From Anaerovibrio sp. (lineage in GTDB: Bacteria; Bacillota; Negativicutes; Selenomonadales; Selenomonadaceae): a stretch of 62,548 bases of DNA. The notes beneath the pieces were generated by a model. It ran no database searches and was not told where the DNA came from. It worked only from the letters and a program-made list of their open reading frames with translations. The first letter of the stretch is position 1. Every line of letters begins with the position of its first letter. The stretch lies in assembly GCF_017475925.1 (NCBI RefSeq), contig NZ_JAFVER010000058.1. One strand, 5' to 3'. Below are positions 11,746-22,942 of this stretch, piece after piece. Both the position numbers and the translations under genes were made by a program.

Positions 11746-11795
11746 AGTCAAAAAGTCTAAAAATAAATTGACTTTTTGACTTTTTCATTTATAAT
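11746..11795 (+). promoter_or_regulatory. CtsR-type boxes overlapping the clpB promoter
   Basis: AGTCAAA-A-AGTCTAA and inverted TTGACTTT-TTGACT; TTGACT(11768)...TATAAT(11790); same motif precedes ctsR. Confidence 0.75.
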
Positions 11796-11866
11796 AAGCT
11801 TAGAAAGAAAAATACTTCCGTAAAGCTCAGGATTTATTCGACTAATATTCAGTGGGAGGGATATAT

Positions 11867-14434
11867 ATGGAACAGGAAAAATATACTCAACGAGTTTTAA
11901 ATACGCTACAGTCAGCCCAGCAAAATGCGGCTCTTCATTATCATCAGGAGATTGGCTCCCTGCATGTTTTGTTGGCACTGTCTCAGGAGCCGGAAGGTCT
12001 TTTGGAAACTATTTTCCAGGAATTAGGTGTTGACCTTGGAATGTTTCGGACAAGCCTTGAGGCTGCGCTGAGAAAAATCCCCAGTGTAAAAGGACAGGAC
12101 AGACTTACTATGAGCGTTGAGCTGGGGCGGGTTATGGCAAAGGCCGAGCAGCTGGCACAAAAGCTGGGAGATTCCTATATCAGCACAGAGCATATTTTAT
12201 GGGCCATTTGCACCGATGGGGGCGAGGAGGCTCAGGACATATGCAAAAGCTTTGGCATAACTGGCAACAAGCTGGAACGCTCCATAAAGAAAAATCGTAA
12301 GGAAAATGTAAATTCAGCTAATCCTGAGGACAGCTATCAGGCCCTGGAAAAATATGGTCGGGACCTTACTCAGGTGGCAAGACAGGGAAAGCTTGATCCG
12401 GTGATTGGCCGTGATGAGGAAATAAGACGTACAATTGAAATATTGTCCCGCCGGACTAAAAATAATCCGGTGCTTATTGGTGAACCGGGTGTAGGAAAAA
12501 CCGCCATTGTTGAGGGCCTGGCCCGTCGGATTGTGGCTGGTGATGTACCGGAGTCCTTAAAAAGCAAGACACTGTATTCGTTGGATATGGGAGCGCTTAT
12601 TGCCGGTGCCAAGTATCGTGGCGAATTTGAGGAAAGGCTGAAAGCTGTATTAAATGAAGTAGTAAAATCCGATGGTCAGATTCTGCTCTTTATTGATGAG
12701 GTTCACACTGTAGTGGGAGCCGGTGCTTCCGAGGGCTCCATGGATGCCGGAAATCTGTTAAAGCCAATGATGGCCCGGGGCGAGCTGAGATGTATTGGTG
12801 CTACTACCTTAAATGAATACCGCAAATACATTGAAAAGGATACAGCTCTGGAGCGGCGGTTCCAGCCGGTAATGGTGGGTGAGCCAAGTGTGGAGGACAC
12901 TATTTCTATTCTCCGTGGCCTAAAGGAGCGCTATGAGGTTCATCATGGGGTAAGAATCCGTGATGCAGCTTTGGTTTCGGCCGCTGTATTGTCTGACAGA
13001 TATATTTCGGATCGGTTCCTGCCGGATAAAGCCATTGACCTGGTGGATGAAGCAGCCGCCAAGCTGCGTACAGAGATTGAGTCCATGCCGGCACCGTTAG
13101 ATGAGGTTCGGCGGAAGATTTTGCAGCTGGAAATTGAAGAGCAGGCACTCCAAAAGGAAACTGACGAGGCCGGTAAGGAAAAGCTGGCAGCTATTCAGCA
13201 GGAGAAGGCCCAGCTGAAGGAGGAGCAGGAAGCATTGCAGGAGGAGTGGGATGCAGAGCATCAATCCATTCTCCGTATTCGTGGTATCAAGAAGGAAATT
13301 GACGCAGTCCGCAGTCAGATGGAGGCTGCCGAGCGGGATTACGACCTGAGCCGGTTAAGTGAGCTGAAATATGGTAAACTGCCAGAGCTGGAGAAAAAGC
13401 TCCAGGATGAGGAAAATGCTATAGCGGCCAAGGCTGGGGAGAATCAGCTGCTGAAGGAGGAAGTCGGGGAGGAGGATATTGCCAAGGTTGTAAGCCGCTG
13501 GACAGGTATTCCGGTTACCAAGATGATGACTGGGGAGCGGGAAAAGCTGCTGCATTTGGAGGATAATCTTCATGAGCGGGTTATCGGTCAGGATGAGGCA
13601 GTAACGGTGGTCAGTGAGGCTATACTTCGTGCCCGGGCTGGTATAAAGGCGCCGGATAGACCAATAGGCTCCTTTATTTTCTTGGGCCCTACCGGCGTTG
13701 GTAAAACTGAGCTGGCCAAAACCCTGGCGGAGTCCCTTTTCGATTCAGAGCGCAGCATGATTCGTATTGATATGAGTGAGTACATGGAGAAGCACTCCGT
13801 GGCCAGACTGATTGGCGCGCCTCCGGGCTACGTGGGCTATGAGGAAGGCGGACAGCTTACGGAGGCTGTACGGCGCCAGCCATACAGTGTAATTTTGCTG
13901 GATGAAATCGAAAAGGCCCACCGGGATGTGTTCAACGTACTGCTCCAGATATTGGATGATGGTCGGCTTACCGATGGTAAAGGCCGGGTGGTTAATTTCA
14001 AGAACACGGTTATTATTATGACCTCAAATCTGGGCTCCCATGAGATTTTGAACAAGGATTATGAGGAAGCAGAAAAGGCAGTACGGGAAATTCTGAAGGA
14101 CTATTTCCGTCCTGAGTTTTTAAACAGAGTGGATGATATTGTGGTATTTAAGGCTCTGGCCAAGGAACAGGTTAGAGATATTGCCAACTTGATGCTGAAG
14201 AACCTCAATGAGCGGGTTAGCAATCAGGTAAAGATAACCCTTAGCTGGGATGAGGCCGTACTTACATATCTGGCCGATGAAGGCTATGAGCCAAACTTTG
14301 GTGCCCGTCCTCTTCGCCGTTTGCTGACTCATGTGGTGGAGACGGAGCTGTCCAAGGCAATTATCCGTGGTGATGTTGCCGAGGGGGATAATGTTACCAT
14401 GACAGTGACTGACGGACGGCTTTGCTTTAAATAA
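11867..14434 (+). CDS. clpB: ATP-dependent chaperone ClpB
   Basis: Clp N-domain, GEPGVGKT and GPTGVGKT Walker A motifs, long coiled-coil M-domain, GAPPGYVG. Confidence 0.97.
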   Translation: MEQEKYTQRVLNTLQSAQQNAALHYHQEIGSLHVLLALSQEPEGLLETIFQELGVDLGMFRTSLEAALRKIPSVKGQDRLTMSVELGRVMAKAEQLAQKLGDSYISTEHILWAICTDGGEEAQDICKSFGITGNKLERSIKKNRKENVNSANPEDSYQALEKYGRDLTQVARQGKLDPVIGRDEEIRRTIEILSRRTKNNPVLIGEPGVGKTAIVEGLARRIVAGDVPESLKSKTLYSLDMGALIAGAKYRGEFEERLKAVLNEVVKSDGQILLFIDEVHTVVGAGASEGSMDAGNLLKPMMARGELRCIGATTLNEYRKYIEKDTALERRFQPVMVGEPSVEDTISILRGLKERYEVHHGVRIRDAALVSAAVLSDRYISDRFLPDKAIDLVDEAAAKLRTEIESMPAPLDEVRRKILQLEIEEQALQKETDEAGKEKLAAIQQEKAQLKEEQEALQEEWDAEHQSILRIRGIKKEIDAVRSQMEAAERDYDLSRLSELKYGKLPELEKKLQDEENAIAAKAGENQLLKEEVGEEDIAKVVSRWTGIPVTKMMTGEREKLLHLEDNLHERVIGQDEAVTVVSEAILRARAGIKAPDRPIGSFIFLGPTGVGKTELAKTLAESLFDSERSMIRIDMSEYMEKHSVARLIGAPPGYVGYEEGGQLTEAVRRQPYSVILLDEIEKAHRDVFNVLLQILDDGRLTDGKGRVVNFKNTVIIMTSNLGSHEILNKDYEEAEKAVREILKDYFRPEFLNRVDDIVVFKALAKEQVRDIANLMLKNLNERVSNQVKITLSWDEAVLTYLADEGYEPNFGARPLRRLLTHVVETELSKAIIRGDVAEGDNVTMTVTDGRLCFK

Positions 14435-14448
14435 TACTTGATTTAAGC

Positions 14449-14487
14449 TGAAAGGCTGATTGGCAGTGGAAGCCAATCAGCCTTTCA
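14449..14487. terminator. Hairpin between clpB and the convergent gene
   Basis: TGAAAGGCTGATTGGC...GCCAATCAGCCTTTCA. Confidence 0.75.
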
Positions 14488-14546
14488 AGTTAGGTAGCTA
14501 TTTGGACAAAATAGTTAATTCACACGTCCTAGTGCACTGGTAGCTA

Positions 14547-14861
14547 TCAGCTATGTAGAAGCAGGGCCTCTACCTGGTCTCGCTTTTCGTACAATACACA
14601 GCCGCCGGCGTGATCCTCCTGTAGGTAATCGCCACAGTGTAAATTACAGCTGGAGGTTATGCTGGCAACCAAAAAAGGAGGAATATTTTCTCCCTGTTTT
14701 TTAGCCTGCTGTCTTTTTTGGGAGGCAGTGCGACTGGCAGCCGCAAATTTTACCATGAAAGCACTTTCCCTTGGATTGCTTAGCGTGGCTCGAAGGGTAC
14801 TGGCAACAACCTTCTCTACCCCTTTTGTCATATATTCCTGAATATCAAATTCTTTGTTCAT
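14547..14861 (-). pseudogene. Internally deleted radical SAM/SPASM-type gene
   Basis: IPPFLVASITSSCNLHC stops before the third Cys of CxxxCxxC and runs into a C-terminal-like HAGGCVLYE segment; only about 104 aa. Confidence 0.75.
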
Positions 14862-15061
14862 ATGGTTCACCTCACGAAAATTTATGGGCTCAATGATATC
14901 ACCTTATTTTGACCCTTGTGTGACCTTTTTTACCACTGTAATCAATTATTTATATACACATGGGTATTTGAAGAGGACATTCACTTTACACATATCTATA
15001 TTTTTTTAAATTTGCTTGAAAAACAGTTGGGGCTGTGATATATTTAACGAGTAAATTGAAT

Positions 15062-15343
15062 ATTTGATGTATTGACGAGGAATATTAGCATTGGTGAGTC
15101 TTATAGAGAGCTGCCGGCAGGTGTAAGGCAGTAGAGGAGCTTTTGTGAACTGGCCTCTGAACAGCAAGCTGAATTCATTACTTCTTGTGGTGATAGTAGG
15201 TGATGCCGGAGCTGACCGTTATATCAGAAGGCGTATAGCCATGGGCTATGGCTGCGTCTGGTGAGTGTGTACGTATTAGTGCAAAATTGAGTGGTACCAC
15301 GAAAGGTAGTCTTTCGTCTCTTTGGAGATGAAGGGCTTTTTTG
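15062..15343 (+). ncRNA. T-box leader (Leu)
   Basis: AGAGAG and GGTGTAA stem I motifs, GAA-CTG/CTC specifier region, CCGTTA, T-box AATTGAGTGGTACCACG at ~15285, terminator 15311-15342. Confidence 0.9.
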
Positions 15344-15450
15344 TTTATCTGTGAGAGAACATCATCAGTCACGCTTCGCGTGCCATCTAAGTACCCTGCG
15401 GGTATCGCCAAAAGGGGAAATTAACCATTCTGAGACTGGGGGAGAAGAAA

Positions 15451-17121
15451 ATGAAGAATTATACCAAATACAGTAAAGGCTATTATATGCCACCAAAGCC
15501 GGATATGAGCTGGATGTACAAGGAATACCCTGATAAGGCACCTACCTGGTGCTCCGTTGATTTACGGGATGGCAATCAGGCCCTTATTATCCCTATGAGC
15601 CTTGATGAAAAAATAGAGTTTTTTAAAATGCTGGTGGAGATTGGCTTTAAGGAAATCGAGGTAGGGTTTCCCGCAGCCTCCGAGACAGAGTATACCTTCC
15701 TGCGCAAATTAGTGGAGGATAATCTTATTCCTGATGATGTTACGGTGCAGGTGCTTACACAGGCCAGGGAACATATTATCAAAAAAACCTTTGAGGCCTT
15801 GGAGGGGGTCAAGAATGCCATAGTGCATGTATACAATTCCACCTCGGTAGCTCAACGGCAGCAGGTATTTAAAATGAATAAGGAAGAGATTAAACAAATT
15901 GCTGTCGATGGGGCAAAACTGTTGAAGAAGCTTACGGAGGAGGCCGGAGCCAGCTATCGCTTTGAGTATTCACCGGAGAGCTTTACCGGTACTGAGCCGG
16001 AATATGCACTGGAGGTATGCAATGCAGTTCTGGATGTGTGGCAGCCAACGCCGGACCATAAGGCCATAATAAACATTCCGGTAACAGTAGAAATGTCCAT
16101 GCCACATGTATATGCCATGCAGGTGGCATATATATCTCAAAATCTCAAATATCGTGACGCTGTGGAGCTGTCCTTGCACCCGCATAATGACCGGGGCTGC
16201 GGGGTGGCTGACACGGAAATGGGCCTGCTGGCTGGCGCTGACCGGGTAGAGGGAACTTTATTTGGTAATGGTGAGCGCACAGGTAACGTTGATATTGTCA
16301 CTTTGGCTTTAAATATGTTTGTTCTGGGAGTTGACCCTGAGCTGGATTTTTCCAATATGCCAAAGCTGGTGGAGCTTTATGAGCGGATAACCCGTATGCA
16401 TGTCCATGACCGTCAGCCATATGCCGGGGCATTGGTGTTTGCGGCCTTCTCCGGGTCTCATCAGGATGCTATTGCCAAGGGTATGAAGTGGCGTGATGAA
16501 GAAGCTCCTGACCGCTGGACTTGCCCATATTTGCCGATTGATCCGCATGATGTGGGCCGGGAGTATGATGGCGATGTTATCCGTATTAACAGTCAGTCCG
16601 GCAAGGGCGGTGTGGCGTATATCATGGAACAGAAATATGGAATTTCCATGCCGAAGAAAATGCGCGAGGACTTTGGCTACTGCGTCAAGTCGGTTTCCGA
16701 CCATAAACACAAGGAGCTGTTGGCTGATGAAATATACCAGATTTTCCATGAGCATTACGTGAATGTGGATGCACCATATAAGCTTATTGATTTTATGCTG
16801 AAAAAGGATGTGGATGGAACCAGGTCAGGGGTTATTGATTTGGAGATTGATGGCAAGGCCACTACCTTTGAGGCTAAGGGTAACGGACGGCTGGATGCAG
16901 TAAGCAACGCTATTCAGCACAATACTGATGTCAAATACACGGATTTGATTTATAGTGAGCATGCACTGGAGATTGGTTCATCATCTAGAGCAATGGCCTA
17001 TATTGGGATAAAGAGTGCTGACGGAAAAATCACCTGGGGAGCCGGTATGGACACAGATATTATTACTGCTTCTGTTTTGGCCCTGTTCAGTGCCATTAAC
17101 CGGATGAAGGCAGGGAAATAA
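15451..17121 (+). CDS. leuA: 2-isopropylmalate synthase
   Basis: SVDLRDGNQAL, YSPESF, HPHNDRG, GERTGN, INSQSGKGG. Confidence 0.97.
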   Translation: MKNYTKYSKGYYMPPKPDMSWMYKEYPDKAPTWCSVDLRDGNQALIIPMSLDEKIEFFKMLVEIGFKEIEVGFPAASETEYTFLRKLVEDNLIPDDVTVQVLTQAREHIIKKTFEALEGVKNAIVHVYNSTSVAQRQQVFKMNKEEIKQIAVDGAKLLKKLTEEAGASYRFEYSPESFTGTEPEYALEVCNAVLDVWQPTPDHKAIINIPVTVEMSMPHVYAMQVAYISQNLKYRDAVELSLHPHNDRGCGVADTEMGLLAGADRVEGTLFGNGERTGNVDIVTLALNMFVLGVDPELDFSNMPKLVELYERITRMHVHDRQPYAGALVFAAFSGSHQDAIAKGMKWRDEEAPDRWTCPYLPIDPHDVGREYDGDVIRINSQSGKGGVAYIMEQKYGISMPKKMREDFGYCVKSVSDHKHKELLADEIYQIFHEHYVNVDAPYKLIDFMLKKDVDGTRSGVIDLEIDGKATTFEAKGNGRLDAVSNAIQHNTDVKYTDLIYSEHALEIGSSSRAMAYIGIKSADGKITWGAGMDTDIITASVLALFSAINRMKAGK

Positions 17122-17274
17122 AAAAGAATAATTGACAACGCGTAAATCAGCCCTCACTGTCTTTCCATGGTGAAAGACCATCAAAGGTTGAATGAGGGTA
17201 GTTACGCAGTTCCAATTATAAAATAAGGGGGAGTGCTATGCTCCTCTTTATTTGTGTATAGCTTGGAGGAATAT

Positions 17275-17724
17275 ATGAAAGCAGTTGTTACCAGAGTTAA
17301 TTCTGCATCGGTGGAAATTGATGGAAAAATAAATGGTGCTATAGATAAAGGCTTTTTGGTTCTTTTGGGAGTGGCTCAGGACGATAGCGAAAAAGAGGCG
17401 GAGCTGTTGGCAGAAAAAATATGTAATTGTCGGGTATTTTCCGATGAGGCCGGTAAAATGAACCTGTGCCTTGAAGCCGTGGGAGGAAGTCTGTTGGTGG
17501 TATCTCAGTTTACTCTGTTTGCTGATTTAAAAAGTCGTCGGCCAGGCTTTTCCGGGGCTGGAAAACCAGATGTGGCTATTCCATTGTATAAAAGGTTTAT
17601 AGAGCTGTGTCAGGAGCGTGGATTTACAGTCCAGCATGGGGAATTTGGTGCAGATATGAAGGTGGTATCGGAAAATGATGGTCCGGTGACTTTGTTGTTT
17701 GATACTGCTGACTGGAAAAAATAG
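17275..17724 (+). CDS. dtd: D-aminoacyl-tRNA deacylase
   Basis: VSQFTL, GEFGADM, NDGPVT. Confidence 0.96.
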   Translation: MKAVVTRVNSASVEIDGKINGAIDKGFLVLLGVAQDDSEKEAELLAEKICNCRVFSDEAGKMNLCLEAVGGSLLVVSQFTLFADLKSRRPGFSGAGKPDVAIPLYKRFIELCQERGFTVQHGEFGADMKVVSENDGPVTLLFDTADWKK

Positions 17725-17868
17725 TAATTCTAAGCTCATACTTCGCCGTTGGCTTGTATTCGCTAAGATTTTATTGTAAAATAAAATAGTATGGTTGTGT
17801 AATGTACACAGCCGGCTTTGATGATAATTAATGCTTAAAAGGCTGATTTTTGATAAGGGAGGTGTGTT

Positions 17869-19407
17869 ATTATCATTGAGATAGTTGTTGCTGCTGTTGT
17901 TTCACTTGCAGTAGGCGGCTTTGGCGGATATATGATGCGCAAGCAGGCAGCCGAGAAGCAGATTGGCTCTGCCGAGGAGGAAGCAAGACGTATTGTTAAG
18001 GAAGCTGAGGAAAAGGGCGAGGCAGCAAAGAAAATGAAAATGCTCGAAGCGAAGGAGGATGTGCATCGCCTTCGTCAGGAGCTTGATAAAGATACTCGTG
18101 AGCGGCGCTCGGAAATCCAGCGTCATGAACGTCGGGTAGTCCAAAAGGAAGAAAATCTGGACCGCAAAATTGATGCTTTGGAGAAAAAGGAAGAAAATCT
18201 TGCTTCCAGAGAGGCCAAGCTGGATAAGGTGCGGGCAGAGGTAAACGAGCTTCATGAGAAGCAGAAGGCTGAGCTGGAACGGATTTCTGGCTTGTCCACT
18301 GATGAGGCCAAGAATATGCTTTTGGTCGAGGTTGAGGAAGAGCTGAAGCATGAAAAGGCTCTTATGATTAAGGAATATGAGCAGCAGACCAAGGACGAGG
18401 CGGAGAAAAAGGCAAGGAATATTATTTCTCTGGCTATTCAGCGGTGCGCTGCCGACCATGTGGCAGAAACCACAGTGTCAGTTGTGGCACTGCCTAATGA
18501 CGAAATGAAGGGTCGTATAATCGGTCGTGAGGGGCGGAATATTCGCGCTCTTGAAACCATGACAGGTATTGATTTAATTATCGATGATACACCGGAAGCG
18601 GTTATCCTGTCCGGTTTTGACCCGGTTCGTCGTGAAGTTGCACGGATAGCTCTGGAAAAGCTGATTACAGATGGACGTATTCATCCAGCCCGTATAGAGG
18701 AAATGGTGGAGAAGGCCCGCCGGGAGGTTGACCAGCGAATCAAGGAGGCTGGTGAGCAGGCCACCTTTGATACCGGAGTTCATGGACTTCATCCAGAAAT
18801 TATCAAGCTGTTGGGACGGCTCAGATATCGTACCAGCTATGGACAGAATGTGTTGAATCACTCCATAGAGGTTGCTCATTTGGCCGGAATGATGGCCGCA
18901 GAGTTAGGCGTAGATGTTATGCTGGCAAAGCGGGCAGGGCTTATTCACGATATTGGTAAGTCCATTGATAACGAGGTTGAGGGTACCCATGTCACCATAG
19001 GTGCTGATATTGCCAAAAAGTACCGGGAGTCCAAGCTGGTTATTAATGCCATTGCTGCACATCATGGTGACGAACAGGCTATGTCAGTGGAGGCGGTTTT
19101 GGTTGCTGCTGCTGATGCCGTATCAGCGGCTCGTCCTGGAGCCAGACGCGAAAGCCTGGAGACTTACCTCAAACGGCTTAGTCGTTTGGAGGAAATTGCT
19201 GAAAGCTTCCCGGGGGTTGAGCGGTGCTTTGCTATTCAGGCGGGACGTGAGATTCGCGTGATGGTTAAACCAGATAAGGTTGATGATGTGGAGGCCGTTG
19301 GCCTGGCTCATGACATTGTCAAGAAGATTGAGGCTGAACTGGAATATCCAGGGCAGATAAAAGCTACAATTATTCGTGAGACCCGTGTTGTTGATTATGC
19401 AAAATAA
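17869..19407 (+). CDS. rny: Ribonuclease Y (probable non-canonical start)
   Basis: Coiled coil, KH domain ([10 protein letters not shown]), HD motif (HDIGK); in-frame TM segment upstream of ATG 17932. Confidence 0.95.
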   Translation: MIIEIVVAAVVSLAVGGFGGYMMRKQAAEKQIGSAEEEARRIVKEAEEKGEAAKKMKMLEAKEDVHRLRQELDKDTRERRSEIQRHERRVVQKEENLDRKIDALEKKEENLASREAKLDKVRAEVNELHEKQKAELERISGLSTDEAKNMLLVEVEEELKHEKALMIKEYEQQTKDEAEKKARNIISLAIQRCAADHVAETTVSVVALPNDEMKGRIIGREGRNIRALETMTGIDLIIDDTPEAVILSGFDPVRREVARIALEKLITDGRIHPARIEEMVEKARREVDQRIKEAGEQATFDTGVHGLHPEIIKLLGRLRYRTSYGQNVLNHSIEVAHLAGMMAAELGVDVMLAKRAGLIHDIGKSIDNEVEGTHVTIGADIAKKYRESKLVINAIAAHHGDEQAMSVEAVLVAAADAVSAARPGARRESLETYLKRLSRLEEIAESFPGVERCFAIQAGREIRVMVKPDKVDDVEAVGLAHDIVKKIEAELEYPGQIKATIIRETRVVDYAK

Positions 19408-19539
19408 TATTAATCAGGCAATTTGATGTTGGGCTGTCCGTACTATGCTTGCGGCAGCCCGATTTCACTATATTAATACATGATTTTTTTCGATAATATG
19501 TTTGTAATTATATGATATAAAGCAAAGGGGGAAGGTAAA

Positions 19540-20058
19540 GTGGATTATGAAAAGGGAACTGAAAGTGAAGTAAGCATGGACAGCATTCAGCTGGTAGCAT
19601 CGCTGTTGATATGTCATCCTGAATTTTCCAAAATTACCTTGAACTCTAAGGATAAAGCAATTATGATGGAAATTTCTGTTAAAGAGGCGCCTGCTCAGAA
19701 GGTTCTGGAGGATGGCAAAAAATTTATTGAGGACAGCTTGCGTTTATATCACGAGCTTGAATATACCAAAGGTGCGAAATTTGCCTTTTTCTACAAGGAT
19801 TTTACCATTCACATATATCGCGACCTGGCAAGCTTTTCCCATGGGGAGGTGTCCCTTATACTGGCCTTGCTAAAAGAGAGGTTTGGGGCTATTATTGTGG
19901 CAGATGATAATCGGGATGCCGATGAGGATATGCTGGCCACTCAGGCGGAAATGATTGACCATCGCATTCGCTTTTTAAAGGAAAACCGCATTGTCGAATC
20001 AATGGTGGGAGTGCGGGAGGAAGGTCGTGTCATGGTATATGATAATGACTGCATATGA
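19540..20058 (+). CDS. Conserved hypothetical protein
   Basis: 172-aa ORF with RBS between rny and ymdB. Confidence 0.75.
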   Translation: MDYEKGTESEVSMDSIQLVASLLICHPEFSKITLNSKDKAIMMEISVKEAPAQKVLEDGKKFIEDSLRLYHELEYTKGAKFAFFYKDFTIHIYRDLASFSHGEVSLILALLKERFGAIIVADDNRDADEDMLATQAEMIDHRIRFLKENRIVESMVGVREEGRVMVYDNDCI

Positions 20059-20067
20059 TTTGAGGTA

Positions 20068-20850
20068 TTGAAAGTGAATATAATGATTGTTGGCGACGTG
20101 GTTGGTCGACCGGGGCGAAAGGCCTTTTCGCGGTATACCAGGGAGCTTCGCCTAAAGCATGACATAGATATTGTAATAGTAAATGGGGAAAACTCTGCCG
20201 GCGGAAAAGGCGTTAGCCGTAAATCCCTGGATGAGCTGTATGCTGCTGGTGCAGATGTTATTACCTCGGGAAATCATATTTGGGACAATCGTGAGGTTAT
20301 GGGACTTATTGATAATGACCCATATCTTGTCAGACCGGCCAATTATCCCGACGGAGCACCTGGGAAGGGTTGGTGTATATATCCTTACAAAGCGAAGAAC
20401 ATAGCGGTTGTAAATATGTCAGGCAGGGCATTTATGCCGGATATGGATTGTCCGTTTCAGAAAATAGAGGAGGTTTTGTCGGAAATTGCCGATAGGGCGG
20501 ATATAATAATCCTGGATTTTCATGGAGAAACTACCTCCGAGAAAATGGCAATGGGCTTTTATCTTGATGGTCGGGTTCAGGCTGTGGTGGGAACCCATAC
20601 TCATGTGCAGACTGCTGACCAGCGAATATTACCAAAGGGAACGGCTTATATTACGGATTTAGGCATGGTAGGCCCGTGGAATTCAGTGCTGGGTGTAAAG
20701 CCGGATATAATAATCAAAAAATTCACCACCTGTATGCCTGTGAGATTTGATTTAGCCGATGGACCGGCGGTTTATTCTGCGATAATAGTGAATATAGATG
20801 ATGCAACCAATCAGGCAAAAGATATTAAACGGATATTTATTACTGAATAA
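20068..20850 (+). CDS. ymdB: YmdB-type metallophosphoesterase
   Basis: GDVVG, NGEN, TSGNH, DFHGETTSEK, GTHTHV. Confidence 0.93.
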   Translation: MKVNIMIVGDVVGRPGRKAFSRYTRELRLKHDIDIVIVNGENSAGGKGVSRKSLDELYAAGADVITSGNHIWDNREVMGLIDNDPYLVRPANYPDGAPGKGWCIYPYKAKNIAVVNMSGRAFMPDMDCPFQKIEEVLSEIADRADIIILDFHGETTSEKMAMGFYLDGRVQAVVGTHTHVQTADQRILPKGTAYITDLGMVGPWNSVLGVKPDIIIKKFTTCMPVRFDLADGPAVYSAIIVNIDDATNQAKDIKRIFITE

Positions 20851-20858
20851 ATCTCATT

Positions 20859-20984
20859 TTATCCTGTGCTGACGGATACCAGATATTCCTCATTCTCTTT
20901 GGTGGGTATATAGGTATCCATAAGGCTCCGGATTAATCCGACCATATTCGGTGGTAGTAAAAAGCCACTGAATAGGTCTCATTT
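20859..20984 (-). repeat. Family B element
   Basis: Ends CCACTGAATAGGTCTCATTT; reverse complement resembles 9486-9607. Confidence 0.7.
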
Positions 20985-21000
20985 AATGGAGAGAGAACAG

Positions 21001-21828
21001 ATGTCAAGCGATTTACATATGCATACCAGATGCTCTGATGGACTTTTAAACCCTGAGGAGCTGGTAGAGGCTGCCAAGGCAGCTGGCCTTAATTATATTG
21101 CCATAACAGACCACGATACTGTCAATGGAATTTGCCAGCTTTATGAAGCAGGGCTGTATCCCAATAAGGGAATAAAAATTATTCCAGGTATTGAATTTAG
21201 CGCTCATCATGAGGTTCAGGAAATTCATATTTTGGGATATAACATTGATATTTATGATAAAAACCTTACAGATAGACTTAACGACGTGGTGGAAGGGCGT
21301 TGGGACAGGTTTTCCAACATGATAAAAAAGCTTCAGGATATGGAATATGATATATCCGAGACAGATGTGCTGGAAATTGCCGGTGACAGTACCTCCATCA
21401 GTCGCTCACACATTGCACAGGCTTTGGTAAAAAAGGGTTATTTTCAGACTGTAAAGGACTGCTTTGACGAGGTTCTGGAAAAAGGGCGTCCAGCCTATGT
21501 TTCTCACTACCTGTTAGACCCTAAGGAGATTATTGACCTTATTAAGCAAAGCGGCGGTATCCCGGTGTTGGCTCATCCAAAGCTGATAAAGGATGACAAT
21601 CTGGTAGATGAGCTGCTGAAGCAGGGGATTGAGGGAGTTGAGGCCTTTTATCCAAAGCATAGTCCAGAGGATACAGAGCGGTATTTGGCCATGGCCAATA
21701 AATATAATTTAATGATAACAGGGGGCTCTGATTTTCATGGTATTGATGGGCGCCTGCCACGTAGTTTGGGAGAATTTGTGATAGATGACAGCTATGCAGC
21801 TGAAATTTACCGCGAACCAATGATTTGA
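21001..21828 (+). CDS. PHP-domain phosphoesterase
   Basis: DLHMHT, ITDHD, LAHP, GGSDFHG. Confidence 0.92.
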   Translation: MSSDLHMHTRCSDGLLNPEELVEAAKAAGLNYIAITDHDTVNGICQLYEAGLYPNKGIKIIPGIEFSAHHEVQEIHILGYNIDIYDKNLTDRLNDVVEGRWDRFSNMIKKLQDMEYDISETDVLEIAGDSTSISRSHIAQALVKKGYFQTVKDCFDEVLEKGRPAYVSHYLLDPKEIIDLIKQSGGIPVLAHPKLIKDDNLVDELLKQGIEGVEAFYPKHSPEDTERYLAMANKYNLMITGGSDFHGIDGRLPRSLGEFVIDDSYAAEIYREPMI

Positions 21829-21867
21829 TTGTTAGGGAATTGTTCTAAAAGCATAGGCGGTGGTTAT

Positions 21868-22734
21868 ATGGAGGTTGTCGCATTTGTTGGTGCCAGTGGT
21901 ACCGGAAAGAGCCACAGAGCACTTTTAGTGGCACATAATACTCAGGCAGATGCCATTATTGATGACGGACTTTACATTAAGGATGGAAAAATAATGGCTG
22001 GTTCATCGGCAAAAAAGGAACAGAATAAGGTTTTGGCAGTAAAACGGGCTATCTTTGTTTTGCCGGGCCATGCGGAGGAGGTTCGTGATGCAATAAGGGA
22101 GAGCAAGCCGAAGCGGATTCTCATATTAGGTACATCGGAAAATATGGTCATAAAAATAGCCAAGGCTCTTGAATTGCCTGAGGTATCCAAATTTATTCAT
22201 ATTGAGGATATTGCTACTCCGGCTGAAATGGACAAGGCAAGGGAGCATCGGCTGCAAAAGGGCAAGCATGTTGTACCGGTGCCTACCATTGAGCTTAAAC
22301 CACATTTTTCCGGTTATTTGGTGGATTCCCTAAGCTCTCTTTGGAAGCGCAGCAATGATAAACAGCGAAATCAACGGCATTTAGGTGAGAAATCCATTGT
22401 TCGTCCAGTATTCAGCTATTGTGGTAAACTGGTTATTGAGGATTCGGCCATTGAGGCGATTGTTCGTAAAATTCTTATTGACGGCGGGAGTGTCAATAAG
22501 GTAGCTGGTGTGGAGGTGCACCATGTATATAAGGGGGATGGCTCTATCGGCTTTGAATCTCAGGGCGTAGAGATAAGCTGTGCTATAACCATATCCTATG
22601 GAAAGCATATCCCTACTCTGGTACAGCAAATGCAGCTGGAGGTAAAAAAGGATGTGGAACGGCTTACTGGTATGGCGGTAAAAAAGGTGAATATCACCAT
22701 TAAGGCATTGTTTGTACAGCCAAAGAAAATGTAA
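21868..22734 (+). CDS. P-loop domain protein with C-terminal Asp23/Gls24-like domain
   Basis: GASGTGKS; C-terminal VERLTGMAVKKVNI. Confidence 0.75.
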   Translation: MEVVAFVGASGTGKSHRALLVAHNTQADAIIDDGLYIKDGKIMAGSSAKKEQNKVLAVKRAIFVLPGHAEEVRDAIRESKPKRILILGTSENMVIKIAKALELPEVSKFIHIEDIATPAEMDKAREHRLQKGKHVVPVPTIELKPHFSGYLVDSLSSLWKRSNDKQRNQRHLGEKSIVRPVFSYCGKLVIEDSAIEAIVRKILIDGGSVNKVAGVEVHHVYKGDGSIGFESQGVEISCAITISYGKHIPTLVQQMQLEVKKDVERLTGMAVKKVNITIKALFVQPKKM

Positions 22735-22748
22735 TACCAAATGTAAAT

Positions 22749-22781
22749 AAAAAAAGACTGTTCCCGGAAACAGTCTTTTTT
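22749..22781. terminator. Bidirectional terminator
   Basis: AAAAAAGACTGTT...AACAGTCTTTTTT between convergent genes. Confidence 0.8.
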
Positions 22782-22791
22782 AATACTCCTT

Positions 22792-22867
22792 TGGCAGGGG
22801 TAGCAGGACTCGAACCTACGAATGCTGGATTCAGAATCCAGTGCCTTACCAACTTGGCGATACCCCT
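22792..22867 (-). tRNA. tRNA-Gln (anticodon CTG)
   Basis: Cloverleaf; anticodon arm CTGGA-TTCTGAA-TCCAG, GGTTCGAG T-loop, encoded CCA. Confidence 0.96.
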
Positions 22868-22942
22868 ATGCATTTGTGGTTGCACTCCTGCAACGATTGA
22901 TATTTTACGATATTAATTTATTGTTGTCAAGAAAAAATAACC

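Noticed and set aside
15178-15476. Short ORFs upstream of leuA
   Set aside because: They overlap the T-box leader and a REP-like remnant
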